Assembly (NCBI GenBank): GCA_965207065.1
Contig: OZ242260.1
Location: forward strand, 1,024,001 to 1,088,000
DNA from: a bacterium
Lineage (GTDB): Bacteria > UBA8248
Direction of reading: 5' to 3'
DNA length: 64,000 bases
Below are positions 37,633-48,611 of this stretch, one piece after another. How positions within the stretch are numbered: the stretch's first letter is position 1; each line of letters opens with the position of its first letter. The notes beneath the pieces were generated by a model. It was not told the origin of the DNA. It did not search any database and saw nothing but the letters and a program-made list of their open reading frames with translations. The position numbers were made by a program, and so were the translations under genes.

Positions 37633-39093
37633 ATGACGAATCTGGAAAGAGACCTTTTCTCACTCATCACGCTCGTCAGCAACGTAACGGAAGCGTACTC
37701 CGCCTGCTTATTCCTTGAAAACAAACGCCGTAAGACGTATCAGCTCACCACATACCACAGCTTGAGCCCGTACATTCTCGCGGATGCCTCGGTCGAAATG
37801 GGCCAGGGCTTCATGGGCTGGGTTCTGGAGAATAACGAGCCTTTGAGCGTTAACCAGTTCGACAAGGACACCCTGGTTCTCGGCTATTACAGCAGAAACG
37901 AGGATATCAAGTCCTTCATGGCGACCCCCCTGCCCTCCTCGATCAACAAAGGGGCGCTCGCCATCGACAGTAAGAAAAGCTGGTGCTTCACGTCCAGAGA
38001 CCAGAAAATACTTGCGGGGTTCGCCCAGCAATTCGCCTATCTTGCAGACGGTGCCATGACGAGCGTTCAAATGGAGCGTCGCTCCATGAACATTCTCGCA
38101 TTCAGCAAGTACCTGAATTCGCTTCGCGTAAGCGAGAACGAAGGTCAGTTGTTGAATGCGGTATGCCAGGTACCACGCGAGTTGCTTCCCTTCGACGCCT
38201 GCTTCCTCGTCCTCATCGACGAGGAAGCAGGCTTCCCCCGCCTCGTGCGAACCTCCGGGTTTGGAGAACTATTTCTGGGCGAAGTCGCCATTAGCGAACG
38301 AGCAAGTCTGGCCGGATACGTTTTAAGCAAAAAAGAAAGCTTAAGACTCCCGGACCTGAATGGAAAAAAAGGAACCAGATCCCTCTTCCATCATGATGAA
38401 CCTCAGCTTGAAGCACGTTCCGCCGTGTGTCTTCCTCTTATCTCAAGAGGTGAAATTCTCGGTTGTCTAGGGTTCACAAGTAAACGCCGAGCCCAATTCG
38501 ACGCTTCTTCAATCCAACGCGGAGAAATTATTGCAGCGCTTGTGGCGGATGCCATCGCAAACCGGAAAAACGAGTTGCGCTGGCAAGCACGATTAGAAAT
38601 CGACCCCCTTACAGGTGAGCAGAATGTGCAATTTCTACATTCTCGCCTTCATGAAATTATCTGCGATGCGGAAATGAAGGGGCGTCAGCTTGCGTTGCTC
38701 AGTATCGCTCCCGACACTTCATTGGAAATTAAGGATACATCTGAGGAAGAAGTTATTCTCCAGCTTTCAAATTCACTTAAACCATTCGCTGCCGGAAACG
38801 ATATTCTGGTGCGGCATGAGGGACCTCGTTTCCTCTTGTTATTGCATGACTCCTCCCAAGAATATGCGGAGGCTGTAGCAGAACGGATCATGCATATCGT
38901 TAATCACACTCCCTTCTATCTTGGTGGAAAAGAGTTCGAAATCACAATTTCAATAGGCGCCGCATGTTTCCCTGAGACTGCGCAAAATTCAAATAGCCTA
39001 ATCAAGTCATCTCTTGCAGCATTGGGTTTCGCTCAAAAAGGGGGCGCTGGAAATCAACTTTGTTTTATGGGGGGAGATAGATCATGGAATTAA
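37633..39093 (+). CDS. GAF-GAF protein with degenerate GGDEF domain
   Basis: Two GAF-like domains (GQGFMGWV...SFMATPL; SAVCLPL..GCLGF), DPLTG, RHEGPRF in place of R-x-GGDEF, ITISIGAA. Confidence 0.85.
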   Translation: MTNLERDLFSLITLVSNVTEAYSACLFLENKRRKTYQLTTYHSLSPYILADASVEMGQGFMGWVLENNEPLSVNQFDKDTLVLGYYSRNEDIKSFMATPLPSSINKGALAIDSKKSWCFTSRDQKILAGFAQQFAYLADGAMTSVQMERRSMNILAFSKYLNSLRVSENEGQLLNAVCQVPRELLPFDACFLVLIDEEAGFPRLVRTSGFGELFLGEVAISERASLAGYVLSKKESLRLPDLNGKKGTRSLFHHDEPQLEARSAVCLPLISRGEILGCLGFTSKRRAQFDASSIQRGEIIAALVADAIANRKNELRWQARLEIDPLTGEQNVQFLHSRLHEIICDAEMKGRQLALLSIAPDTSLEIKDTSEEEVILQLSNSLKPFAAGNDILVRHEGPRFLLLLHDSSQEYAEAVAERIMHIVNHTPFYLGGKEFEITISIGAACFPETAQNSNSLIKSSLAALGFAQKGGAGNQLCFMGGDRSWN

Positions 39094-40124
39094 ATTTTTT
39101 CAAGCGCCTCAGATCCTGGATGGGGCCAAATATCGCGATGGATCTAGGCACAGCGAACACCCTAGTTTACACAAAAAATGCCGGAATTGTGCTCGATGAA
39201 CCCTCTGTTGTCGCCTTGAACTCGAAAAATGGAGGAGCCATTCTCGCAGTAGGCAAAAAAGCCAAGGAGATGTACGGCCGGACTCCCCCAGATTCAATTC
39301 GGACAATTCGCCCCATGAAAGATGGGGTAATCGCAGATTTTGATGTAACCAAAGCCATGATACGTCATTTTGTTGGTGCAATCGTGCCCAAACGGTCTTT
39401 CAGCCGACCCACAATGATGGTCTGCGTCCCCTCAGGGATCACCAGTGTGGAAATGAAAGCCGTGATTGATTCCGCCACTCAATGTGGAGCCGGCAAAGTC
39501 CATCTAATCGAAGAACCCATGGCGGCGGCCATTGGAAGCAAACTGCCTATTCACGAAATCGCTGGCTCTATGATTGTTGACATCGGGGGAGGAACAACAG
39601 AAATGGCCGTTATCTCCCAATACGCCGTTGCATACTCAGAATCTCTACGTATGGCGGGAGATGCGATGGACGAATGCATACAACGCCACATTAAAAGACA
39701 CCACGGTTTATCGATCGGATCATTCGAGGCTGAACGCGTCAAGATGGAGATTGGAACAGCAGCTCCTCTTTCTGAGCCACTTGAAATGGAAATTTCCGGC
39801 GCAGATGTTTCCACCGGAATGCCCCGCACCATCATGATATCCGATGAGTCGGTGCGCGAGGCTCTCGACGGTCCCGTGAAGGCCATTGTTGAATCCATTC
39901 GAAAAGCACTGGCCAAGACAAGCCCTGAGCTTGCTTCAGACATTTACCGACGAGGAATCGTTTTGGCTGGTGGCGGTTCACTCTTGAAGGGGCTTGGGAC
40001 CAGGCTTCATGATGAGACAGGTCTCCCTATATATAGAGTAAAAGACCCGCTAACCACCGTCGTCCGTGGAACTGGACACGTACTGGACCACTTAAAAGAC
40101 TTCAAGCAAGTCTGTCTAAACTGA
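39084..40124 (+). CDS. mreB: MreB/Mbl-family actin homologue
   Basis: MDLGTANT, EPSVVA, RPMKDGVIADF, EEPMAAAIG, VDIGGGTTE, LAGGGSLL. Confidence 0.93.
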   Translation: MELNFFKRLRSWMGPNIAMDLGTANTLVYTKNAGIVLDEPSVVALNSKNGGAILAVGKKAKEMYGRTPPDSIRTIRPMKDGVIADFDVTKAMIRHFVGAIVPKRSFSRPTMMVCVPSGITSVEMKAVIDSATQCGAGKVHLIEEPMAAAIGSKLPIHEIAGSMIVDIGGGTTEMAVISQYAVAYSESLRMAGDAMDECIQRHIKRHHGLSIGSFEAERVKMEIGTAAPLSEPLEMEISGADVSTGMPRTIMISDESVREALDGPVKAIVESIRKALAKTSPELASDIYRRGIVLAGGGSLLKGLGTRLHDETGLPIYRVKDPLTTVVRGTGHVLDHLKDFKQVCLN

Positions 40125-40147
40125 TCTTCAAGAGCACCACCCCCCCT

Positions 40148-40196
40148 ACCGGGAGCCCGGCCCCATGCGCAATACCGGGCTCCCGGTCCCTTCTTT
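40148..40196 (+). terminator. Intrinsic terminator after mreB
   Basis: 13-bp stem ACCGGGAGCCCGG/CCGGGCTCCCGGT followed by CCCTTCTTT. Confidence 0.7.
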
Positions 40197-40300
40197 ATAG
40201 AATAACTGTACAGAGATTTTACTGGCTAAAATAATCCGGTAGAATTAAAAGACATTTATCATTAGTCTTTCCAAATCCTTTAATTAAACGGGAAAATAAA

Positions 40301-40573
40301 ATGGCGTTCTCACAACAAGGCGATTCATTTTCATTTGAGACATCCATAGATGAAATGAAACTCGTTTACAGGATACTGCATCGCCACATCGGAGAACACC
40401 TTGAGCTTATGGATAGTGAGTTTATGGATGAATTGCAATTCGCGCTACAAAAAAAAGCTCAAAAAGAAGGAGTGGACATTGGTCATCACGGCGCATGGGA
40501 CTTATGGCTGGGCAATGATTCGACAACCCCATGTGAGGAGCGTGTAAAAAAACGAAAAACATTCGATAGTTAA
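40301..40573 (+). CDS. Hypothetical protein (90 aa)
   Basis: Protein-like ORF filling the gap, convergent with aroE. Confidence 0.7.
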   Translation: MAFSQQGDSFSFETSIDEMKLVYRILHRHIGEHLELMDSEFMDELQFALQKKAQKEGVDIGHHGAWDLWLGNDSTTPCEERVKKRKTFDS

Positions 40574-41448
40574 CCCTCGACACCGAGGCGCATTTCTAAA
40601 GCTTCGTGTAAAACTTCCATCACTATATCCGTAGGCATATCCACTCCCGTCCACATTTTCCAAGCAGCCGCTGCTTGATATACCAACCAACCCGTTCCGC
40701 GAACAACTTGAGCTCCAGCCCGCCTGGCTGCTTTCAGAAACTCCGTATCAGGAGGAATATAGACCGCATCCGAACAGATACAGCCGTTAGGTATAGCGTC
40801 TTCGGGAATCGGAGGGGTCGCCATACTTTCCGTGTCTCCCCACATCCCGAGGCTTGTAGTATTCACGATTATCTCACAACCATCAGCCGCCGAATACAGA
40901 TCGTCCAAGCCACCACCTTTTACTTTCGAAGAAGGAACGCTTTTTTCTACAAAGTGTGCCAACTCCAAAGCTTTTTCATATGTTCGATTTCTAATTTCAA
41001 GGTGAGCCGCTCCGCACTGGGCTATTTTGACGGCAATTGCTCTCGCGGCCCCTCCCGCACCCAAAACAAGACATTTCTTTTCCCTGGGATGTTCTCCCGT
41101 TGTCTCCTCCAAAAAGCGAAGCCAACCGATACCATCCGTGTTATGGCCGATTAGATTTCCGTCTTCTTCAAAAACTACCGTGTTTACTGCACCCATCAAC
41201 CGGGCATCCTCACTCAGATCATCCATGAGTTTAACAACAGCCACTTTGTGCGGAATTGTGATCGTGAGTCCGCGAAATCCCATCGCCCGGGCTCCCTGCA
41301 CAGCTTCCTCCAAAGAATCCGGGTGCACTTCATAGGAAAGATAGTGATAATCCACACCTAAAACTTCAGCCGCCTTATTATGAAGCACAGGTGACAATAT
41401 ATGCCCTGCCGGGAATCCAAAAACACCCAGTGGTATCGGATTTGGCAT
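40570..41448 (-). CDS. aroE: Shikimate dehydrogenase family protein
   Basis: HILSPVLHN, TIPHK, GAVNT, GHNTDG, LGAGGAARA, NRT; AGGAG RBS before 41448. Confidence 0.9.
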   Translation of the reverse strand: MPNPIPLGVFGFPAGHILSPVLHNKAAEVLGVDYHYLSYEVHPDSLEEAVQGARAMGFRGLTITIPHKVAVVKLMDDLSEDARLMGAVNTVVFEEDGNLIGHNTDGIGWLRFLEETTGEHPREKKCLVLGAGGAARAIAVKIAQCGAAHLEIRNRTYEKALELAHFVEKSVPSSKVKGGGLDDLYSAADGCEIIVNTTSLGMWGDTESMATPPIPEDAIPNGCICSDAVYIPPDTEFLKAARRAGAQVVRGTGWLVYQAAAAWKMWTGVDMPTDIVMEVLHEALEMRLGVEG

Positions 41449-41648
41449 GAATGTTCTCCTTAACATCATTCCATCGTTTATTGTCTAACGCCGTATTTGT
41501 GAAAAACTTGTTGTTGTAACAATATAAAAACAGACTAGAATTTTAAGAGCTCATACGCAATCGAGTTATCATTTCATCTCTTTAGGGATTTGAGAGTTGC
41601 TAAACTCAACATCGCACCAAAGACATACGCCACTTTATTGAGGACTTC

Positions 41649-43901
41649 ATGAATAAATTTAAGGTAGCTGGGAAAAATATACCCAGATACGATCTGCCGG
41701 ATAAAGCTGTGGGTACGGCAAAATTCGCAGCAGACGTTACTACTGTACAACCACTTGTTGGTTTAATCCTCAGAAGTCCACACCCACATGCTCGTATCGT
41801 TTCGATTAACACGAAAGAAGCGATAAAAATACCGGGTGTGCGAACCGTATTGACGGGCAATGATTGCCCCGCACACCATTTCGGTCTTGAGATCAAAGAT
41901 ATGTGCTGGCTGGCTCGCGATGGTTATGTTCGATACATCGGAGACCCTGTTGCGGCAGTTGCAGCAGAATCAATCGATGCGGCTCAGGCGGCGCTAGATT
42001 CGATAAAACTTGGCTACGAGGAAATTGAGCCTGTGGTGGACCTTTTGAAAGCTCGTGACGGCATGGGTCCACTCGTGCATGAAGATTGGGAAAAAGTAGG
42101 CTTAGGGCCCAATGGAGAAGGGAATGTAATTGGTCGCTATGAAATGTCCATGGGTGATGTTGGAATTGCCATGGAAAAAGCGGACCACATATTCGAACAC
42201 ACATTCCAGACTCCATACGCGCATTCTGGTTATATCGAACCTCATGCCTGTTCGGCGGAGCCGGGGGCCGATGGAAAGATCAGCATTTGGACAACAACGC
42301 AAGCGCCTTTCGTCATCCGCGAACAAGTCGCAGCGGCTTTAGGGATTCCGCTGACGAAAGTGAAAGTCATCCCTACAGAAATCGGTGGTGGATTCGGAGG
42401 GAAGATTCATTCTTTTGTTGAACACATCATCGCATTGCTCGCTCTCAAAAGCGGTCGCGCCGTTCGCCATGAGATGACGCGGGAAGACGATCATAACGGC
42501 GTCAGTCCCAGGCAAGGGTTACGAATACACTTAAAGACCGGAGTAACCTCAGATGGCAAAATTCTAGCTCGCGAATCAGATGTCATCGTCGATCATGGCG
42601 CATATGGTCCCGGCGCTCCGACCCAGGCGAGTTCCCGCATTCCGATGTTCACAAGTTGCTATCATATCCCAAACTCTCATGTGAAAATGACGAGCGTTTA
42701 CACTAATGGCCCTATATGCGGTTCTGTAAGAGGCCCCTGCGGCCCCCAGTGTTTTTTCGCAACGGAAGTCCATCTCGATATTATTGCTCGCGAACTAGGC
42801 ATCGACCCCCTTGAAATCAGGCGGAAAAACGCCATCCGAAAAGGTGACACCGGATTGTTCGGCACGCAAGAAGACGACGGTATGCTGAAAGTTTTGGAAA
42901 GCACAGCTAAAGAAGGAAACTGGGGCGAGACAATTGAAACGAATGTGGAATTGGAAGGTCCAGGCTGGAAGTTTGGTCGAGGCCTTGCCGTTAGTTTTTG
43001 GCGTGGGAGTGGCGGAGCTTCCGCTTGTACGGCGCGCTTAAACGCAGACGGCAGCGTCCAACTCCTAAGTGGCTCTGTGAACCTTACGGGCGCTACAACC
43101 TCTATGTGCCAGATTGCCGCGGAAATGATGGATGTCGGCTTTGAGCAAGTAACTTTTGACAGCGGCGATACCGACACCGCCCCCGAGTCCATCCACGCGG
43201 CGGGCAGCATGCTGACCCGCTCGATGGGCGCCGCCGTTATCGTAGCCGTAGACGATCTGAAAGAAAAAATTCGAATCGTGGCCGCCGAAAAACTAGAAGC
43301 CGCTCCAGACGATTTGAAAATCGAAGGAGGGCGCGTTTCTTCGATTTCTACGCCCGAGCGCACCATGTCATTGAGTGAAGTGGCAAAAGCGGCACCAGGG
43401 ATTGCTGGTTATATTATGGGCCAAGGTGAAACACAGGCGCCGGCTTTTTGCCCGATCTACACGGCGCAAATCGCGGAGGTGGCCATAAACCCGGATTCGG
43501 GTGAGGTGAAGGTTTTGAGGCTGGTTTGTTCGCAAGATGTGGGCTTCGCCATGAACCCGACTTCCGTCGTCGGTCAAATGGAAGGCGGGATGCTTCAGGG
43601 AATCGGATTGGCGCTGATGGAGGAACAGCCTCGAGACGAGGACGGCAATATCTATGGCGGAACTTTCCATGAATACCTCCTGCCCACCAGTCTGGATGTT
43701 CCCGAACTCAAAACCGTAATGGTTGATAACAAGGCGGATGATACGCCGTATGGAATGAGAGGGGTCGGCGAACCGCCCATACTCGCAGCCCCCGCAGCCA
43801 TCATGAACGCCATCGCGGATGCGGTGGGGACTCGATTTTTCGAGATCCCGGTGGGCCCGCATCACATATGCGAAGCGATCGGAAAAAAGAGCGAAACATA
43901 A
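41649..43901 (+). CDS. Xanthine dehydrogenase-family molybdopterin-binding subunit
   Basis: RSPHPHARI, VRYIGDPVAAV, GGGFGGK, GQMEGG, GVGEPP. Confidence 0.92.
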   Translation: MNKFKVAGKNIPRYDLPDKAVGTAKFAADVTTVQPLVGLILRSPHPHARIVSINTKEAIKIPGVRTVLTGNDCPAHHFGLEIKDMCWLARDGYVRYIGDPVAAVAAESIDAAQAALDSIKLGYEEIEPVVDLLKARDGMGPLVHEDWEKVGLGPNGEGNVIGRYEMSMGDVGIAMEKADHIFEHTFQTPYAHSGYIEPHACSAEPGADGKISIWTTTQAPFVIREQVAAALGIPLTKVKVIPTEIGGGFGGKIHSFVEHIIALLALKSGRAVRHEMTREDDHNGVSPRQGLRIHLKTGVTSDGKILARESDVIVDHGAYGPGAPTQASSRIPMFTSCYHIPNSHVKMTSVYTNGPICGSVRGPCGPQCFFATEVHLDIIARELGIDPLEIRRKNAIRKGDTGLFGTQEDDGMLKVLESTAKEGNWGETIETNVELEGPGWKFGRGLAVSFWRGSGGASACTARLNADGSVQLLSGSVNLTGATTSMCQIAAEMMDVGFEQVTFDSGDTDTAPESIHAAGSMLTRSMGAAVIVAVDDLKEKIRIVAAEKLEAAPDDLKIEGGRVSSISTPERTMSLSEVAKAAPGIAGYIMGQGETQAPAFCPIYTAQIAEVAINPDSGEVKVLRLVCSQDVGFAMNPTSVVGQMEGGMLQGIGLALMEEQPRDEDGNIYGGTFHEYLLPTSLDVPELKTVMVDNKADDTPYGMRGVGEPPILAAPAAIMNAIADAVGTRFFEIPVGPHHICEAIGKKSET

Positions 43902-44007
43902 AAACGCGATAGAATTCCTGAATACACAGCAGAGATGAGCGCCTTTGGTTGCTCAGACATTTTTATCGTCTTTGGGTTCGAAGGCTTAGTTACTTTAATA
44001 TGCAGTG

Positions 44008-44925
44008 TTATGAAACTTGAGGGACTTCGGTCTGAATGGCGCGTAGAAGATGGCCACCCAAATACCACTTCATTGCTTTGACATTCGAATCATCACTCAG
44101 AATCGTGATGGCGCCACACCGCAACCATTCATTTCTCCTTGTGCGCCAAGTCCAGATAAGCACACCCCGGCAGCCATTGAGCCAAACAGGGCTGAAAGTC
44201 AGCTTTTCTCCCATTTGGCCAAGAAGTTCCGTGCAGGCCACGGCTACAAAATCGTCACCCGTTCTTCGTTCGTCTCGGACGATGAGCTCTACTCCCGGTG
44301 ACATGAGGCCTTGCAACAATACCTTGTCCCGAAAACCAAGCGCCTCCACAAACCGTTCGAATACGCGCGTTGCCTTCACCTGATCATCGGTGGATACAAA
44401 GAAAAGTTTCTTTCCCCAGTACTTTTGAATTTGCGCTCGTTTCTTATCCGCATTATCGGCAATTTTGAAAACCTCCTGAATCTTTACCCCTATTGAGGAT
44501 GCCGCAATCCGATCACCATCTTCCACCCCGTCCCTGAGCACGACAACTGCACGCTGTTCGGGCGTCATGTATTGGAGGGGGAACAAAAACTCAAGCGCAA
44601 CGCTTGGCCATACAGCACCCGCCTCCACCGATTTAGTCACACCATTCGCACTTGAACCCGTCGTTTGTATCAAATCGGGGAGGTCGAACTCATTCAACTC
44701 CAATGGTTGTTTCTCTCGCAATCGAGAAAGGGCCGCTTCCGTGCACGCCGTATAGAGCCATTCAGGGTGATCTTCGATATTCTCCAGGGCTGGGCCCATT
44801 TCAATGGCTCGCAACATCGTATCTTGCACGATATCATCCGCGTCCAAAATACTGCCGGTGAGCCGATAAGCGTGTTGCCGCATCAACCCCCAGTATTCTT
44901 GAGTATATTTTTCAAGATCGATCAT
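44008..44925 (-). CDS. Divergent ECF sigma factor with SnoaL-like C-terminal extension
   Basis: [34 protein letters not shown]; ~120-aa C-terminal extension. Confidence 0.7.
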   Translation of the reverse strand: MIDLEKYTQEYWGLMRQHAYRLTGSILDADDIVQDTMLRAIEMGPALENIEDHPEWLYTACTEAALSRLREKQPLELNEFDLPDLIQTTGSSANGVTKSVEAGAVWPSVALEFLFPLQYMTPEQRAVVVLRDGVEDGDRIAASSIGVKIQEVFKIADNADKKRAQIQKYWGKKLFFVSTDDQVKATRVFERFVEALGFRDKVLLQGLMSPGVELIVRDERRTGDDFVAVACTELLGQMGEKLTFSPVWLNGCRGVLIWTWRTRRNEWLRCGAITILSDDSNVKAMKWYLGGHLLRAIQTEVPQVS

Positions 44926-45596
44926 GATGAGGCTGAAGAGGTCGTAAACATCTCGCGCAAATCCAAAGCTACCCCCAATGGCGCATCAGTTTTATCCATT
45001 ACTTCATTTTCACTCACGCCAGGAGCGAGTTCACGCAGCACAAGTCCGTCAGTCTCCACCGTAATGAAAGCGAGATCAGTAATGATGACATCGACTACGC
45101 CTTTTCCGGTTAAAGGCAGAGAGCATGCTTTCACAATTTTCGGTGCACCTCGCTTTGAAACATGCTCCATAGTGAGGATAACTTTCCGGGCGCCCACGAC
45201 GAGATCCATCGCACCTCCCATGCCGGATATCATCCTGCCGGGTATCGCCCAGTTCGCCAGATCGCCGTTCCCGGCAACTTCCATAGCACCGAGTATGGTG
45301 ACATCTATATGCCCGCCTCTGACCATGGCAAAAGACGTGGCGCTATCGAAAAATGAACCGCCAGGCATTAACGTCACCGTTTCTTTGCTGGCATTCAGCA
45401 GGTCTGGGTCTTCATCTCCTTCGTATGGAAATGGGCCGACACCCAACACACCGTTTTCCGAATGGATGGTGACACCGTATTCCTCGGGTATGTAATTGCT
45501 CACCAAGGTAGGTATGCCAAGCCCGAGATTGACATAACCCCCTCGAGGCACTTCCATGGCTGCGCGCCTGGCGATATCGTGTCTGCTTAAAGTCAA
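44922..45596 (-). CDS. 3-oxoacid CoA-transferase subunit B
   Basis: [30 protein letters not shown]. Confidence 0.94.
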   Translation of the reverse strand: MTLSRHDIARRAAMEVPRGGYVNLGLGIPTLVSNYIPEEYGVTIHSENGVLGVGPFPYEGDEDPDLLNASKETVTLMPGGSFFDSATSFAMVRGGHIDVTILGAMEVAGNGDLANWAIPGRMISGMGGAMDLVVGARKVILTMEHVSKRGAPKIVKACSLPLTGKGVVDVIITDLAFITVETDGLVLRELAPGVSENEVMDKTDAPLGVALDLREMFTTSSASS

Positions 45597-45597
45597 T

Positions 45598-46317
45598 TCA
45601 ACTCACTCCAGAGTTATTTCGGGGCCGAGTCGTCATAATTTCGATCGGTTTCTCAATATCTTCACCCAAAACCACACGCTGCACAAAAATCCCGGGCGTA
45701 TGCACTTTTTCCGGGGAAATTTCACCTACGGGAACGATTTCTTCCACTTCTGCGATCGTCACCTCGGCAGCAGTGGCCATGACGGGATTAAAGTTCTGCG
45801 CGCTCATCCTGTATATCAGATTCCCACGCTCATCCCCTTTCCAAGCCTTGATGAAAGCATAATCCGCCCGGATAGGTTCTTCAAATATATATTCCTGTCC
45901 ATCAACGATTCTTGTCTCTTTTCCTTCAGCCACTACAGTACCTGCTCCCGTTGGCGTAAAGAAACCACCGATGCCGGCCCCGCCAGCTCGAATACGCTCC
46001 GTGAATGTTCCTTGAGGCGAGAGTTCGACTTCTATTTCCCCTTTTAAAGCTTGTTCTTCATAAGCCTTACAAGCCGGACCCACGCGACTGGCGATGATGG
46101 AGCGGACCTGTCGATTTTCAATCATCATGCCAACACCCCAACCGTCCATTCCTCCTGCATTCGATATCAAATGAAAATCGCCGACATCTCTTCGTATGCT
46201 CATTGCTTTACATAAGTTATGCGCCATCCCGCATATGCCGAACCCACCGATAAGAATCGATGCGCCGCTGGGAATATCCGAAACAGCTTCCATTGAACTC
46301 AATACAATTTTAGACAA
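45598..46317 (-). CDS. 3-oxoacid CoA-transferase subunit A
   Basis: [38 protein letters not shown]; likely TTG start after GAGGT. Confidence 0.93.
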   Translation of the reverse strand: MSKIVLSSMEAVSDIPSGASILIGGFGICGMAHNLCKAMSIRRDVGDFHLISNAGGMDGWGVGMMIENRQVRSIIASRVGPACKAYEEQALKGEIEVELSPQGTFTERIRAGGAGIGGFFTPTGAGTVVAEGKETRIVDGQEYIFEEPIRADYAFIKAWKGDERGNLIYRMSAQNFNPVMATAAEVTIAEVEEIVPVGEISPEKVHTPGIFVQRVVLGEDIEKPIEIMTTRPRNNSGVS

Positions 46318-46400
46318 GTGAACTACCTCAATGAGAAAAATCGAATAGCTCTTGCCTGTCATGCTTAAGCATTTGCATGCCAGCAGGCAAGGTGATTCAA

Positions 46401-48611
46401 TCAGCTTTCCATTACTCTTCCCACTAATGCTTTCACTGGCGAATACTGTTTATATACGATAACTGTCTTGTCCGTGTGTTTTGCAACGTTTTCAGGAATA
46501 GAACCAAATAGAATCTGTTTGTAGAAACTTTCGCCAGCGGCTCCCATTGCAATCGCGTCATATTCTCCCGACGCTTGAATAATTCCCACGGAAACAGATT
46601 TGTGCGTGATGATTTGGCTCTCTACATGAGCGCTGCTCTCATCGTTGATTCGGCCTACCGCCTCACTTAGGCCTTGCTCAACGGAATACTTATGAGTTGC
46701 ATCGGCATCTGGAGAAACAACTGTCGATACAACAAGCCTGGCATTGTAAGCACTTGCGATTGGGGCTGTGTATCGCTCAGCCAAACGTGCATGTATGCCT
46801 CCAGTTGTGGGCAAGAGAATATTTTTAAAATTCATATCACCTACAAGTTTCACCAGCATAATATCCGCCCGTGCGAGATTTACGACGTCATCGACAATCT
46901 CTCCCAAAATTCGATTGGCGGTAGAAGTGTAGCCTTTCCAGCCAAGCACGATCAGATCACAATGGCGCTCTCTCGCCGTCTCCAGAATGGCGCGCGCCGG
47001 ATTGCGCCCGATCGTTACAAGAGAGCTGATTTTGACACCATTCGATTTGGCTCGGACATGGGCCTGCTCCAAAATTCGTCTTTCGCGTTCAACGTATGAA
47101 GTTTCGCGACTCATCGGTGCCTGCTCAGGCAAAGATACAACCCGCATTGCGACGATTTCACCGTCATTTTCTTTAGCAAGTGCCGAGGCCAGATCTATCA
47201 GGGGGGCGACGTTTGTCGGATTTGCGATGGGAACCAACACGCGGAAATCGCTCTCCTGACCCTCCATGCTGACCTGTGCTACACGGGACGGCTCACCCGG
47301 CAAGAATTCCTCCTCAGCCTGAGAGCCTTTCCAAGCCAGAAAACCAAGCATTCCCACGATCAACCATAAAATGGCCATGATAACTGGCTCAGAATGCCGC
47401 AATATCAATGAAAGTAAATATAAATTCGCGACAATTCCTATCAGTGGCAACAACGGCACGAATGGAACACGGAAATTCCTCGGCAGGTTTGGAAATTTTC
47501 TCCGATGATAGATGAGCGCTGTATTCACCAAAATCAGTGCCAACAAAAGAATGGTGTCCGCAAAGTGCGCCAGCATCTCCAGGTGAAAATTCTGCGCAAA
47601 AACAACAATTGTTCCTCCCACTAAAATAAGCGCGATAATAGGAGTGCGTGTCTTTGGATTGATAGCAGCGATGCCAGAGGGTAAGTGTCCTAGCTGCGCC
47701 ATGGATAAAACGACTCGCGAACCCGCCAAAATCGATGCATTCGATGCGGAAATCATTGAGAATAGCGCACCTACGACAATTACCATCCCCCCGATGGGGC
47801 CCAGGAAAAGACGTGCCGCATTACCCATCGCCGCTTCCGTATATTCCGTAAGATTCGCGGCAATGATTACAAAAACTACCAATGTATAAAGAATCGTAAC
47901 GATCGTCATGGAAAAAAATATCGCGCGGGGAATTGTCTTTGTGGGATTCGTAACTTCTCCAGCAGATGCTGCAATTGCCGAAAAACCAAAAAAAGTAATA
48001 AAAACCAACCCAGCCGTCGCGCCGATTTTCGGAATGTCCGTACTCATTCTATCGATAAGGGCTTTTGTATCCAAATTCCCTAGCCCACCATATACAAACC
48101 AAAATAAAAGGATGACCTTTCCAGCAGTAATGAGGATTTGAAAACGAGCCGACTCCTTTGTTCCCTTGATATTAAGCAATACAAGACAAATTAGTCCTAT
48201 CGTTCCCGATATTTGCTCATAAGGAGAATGCCAAACGAACTCATTGAAATAAGAAGAAAGGCTGCTGATGTAAAAGGCACATGAAGAAGTGTAGCCAAGC
48301 ACCAACGTCCACCCAACAAGGTAGGCGAGTGGCGGAGGAAACGTCCTTCTCGCATAGAGATATCCTTCTCCGGATTCCGGATACAGAGACGAGAATTCAC
48401 AATAGGTGAGCGCGGTGAACCCGGCGACAAACGCCGCTAAAAGAAAAGCGATGACGGCCGATGAGCCGACATCCCTGACCGCAAGGCCAGATAAGGTGAA
48501 AATACCAGCCGCTATCATTGTCCCGACACCAATCGAAAGTGCGGATGTGAGCCCTAAATCTCGACTGAGTTCGGTTTCAATATGCAGGCTATTGCCGTTA
48601 CGTTTGTTCAT
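46401..48611 (-). CDS. APC-family amino-acid permease fused to two universal-stress (USP) domains
   Basis: GTMIAAGIF, ~12 TM segments, then VLVPIANP...LIVLGW and ILLPTTGG...FGSIP. Confidence 0.92.
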   Translation of the reverse strand: MNKRNGNSLHIETELSRDLGLTSALSIGVGTMIAAGIFTLSGLAVRDVGSSAVIAFLLAAFVAGFTALTYCEFSSLYPESGEGYLYARRTFPPPLAYLVGWTLVLGYTSSCAFYISSLSSYFNEFVWHSPYEQISGTIGLICLVLLNIKGTKESARFQILITAGKVILLFWFVYGGLGNLDTKALIDRMSTDIPKIGATAGLVFITFFGFSAIAASAGEVTNPTKTIPRAIFFSMTIVTILYTLVVFVIIAANLTEYTEAAMGNAARLFLGPIGGMVIVVGALFSMISASNASILAGSRVVLSMAQLGHLPSGIAAINPKTRTPIIALILVGGTIVVFAQNFHLEMLAHFADTILLLALILVNTALIYHRRKFPNLPRNFRVPFVPLLPLIGIVANLYLLSLILRHSEPVIMAILWLIVGMLGFLAWKGSQAEEEFLPGEPSRVAQVSMEGQESDFRVLVPIANPTNVAPLIDLASALAKENDGEIVAMRVVSLPEQAPMSRETSYVERERRILEQAHVRAKSNGVKISSLVTIGRNPARAILETARERHCDLIVLGWKGYTSTANRILGEIVDDVVNLARADIMLVKLVGDMNFKNILLPTTGGIHARLAERYTAPIASAYNARLVVSTVVSPDADATHKYSVEQGLSEAVGRINDESSAHVESQIITHKSVSVGIIQASGEYDAIAMGAAGESFYKQILFGSIPENVAKHTDKTVIVYKQYSPVKALVGRVMES

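Noticed and set aside
37633-39093. Active diguanylate cyclase
   Set aside because: The GG(D/E)EF signature is replaced by EGPRF
41649-43901. Aerobic CO dehydrogenase large subunit (coxL)
   Set aside because: Lacks the AYxCSFR/AYxGAGR loop, and no coxM/coxS are adjacent
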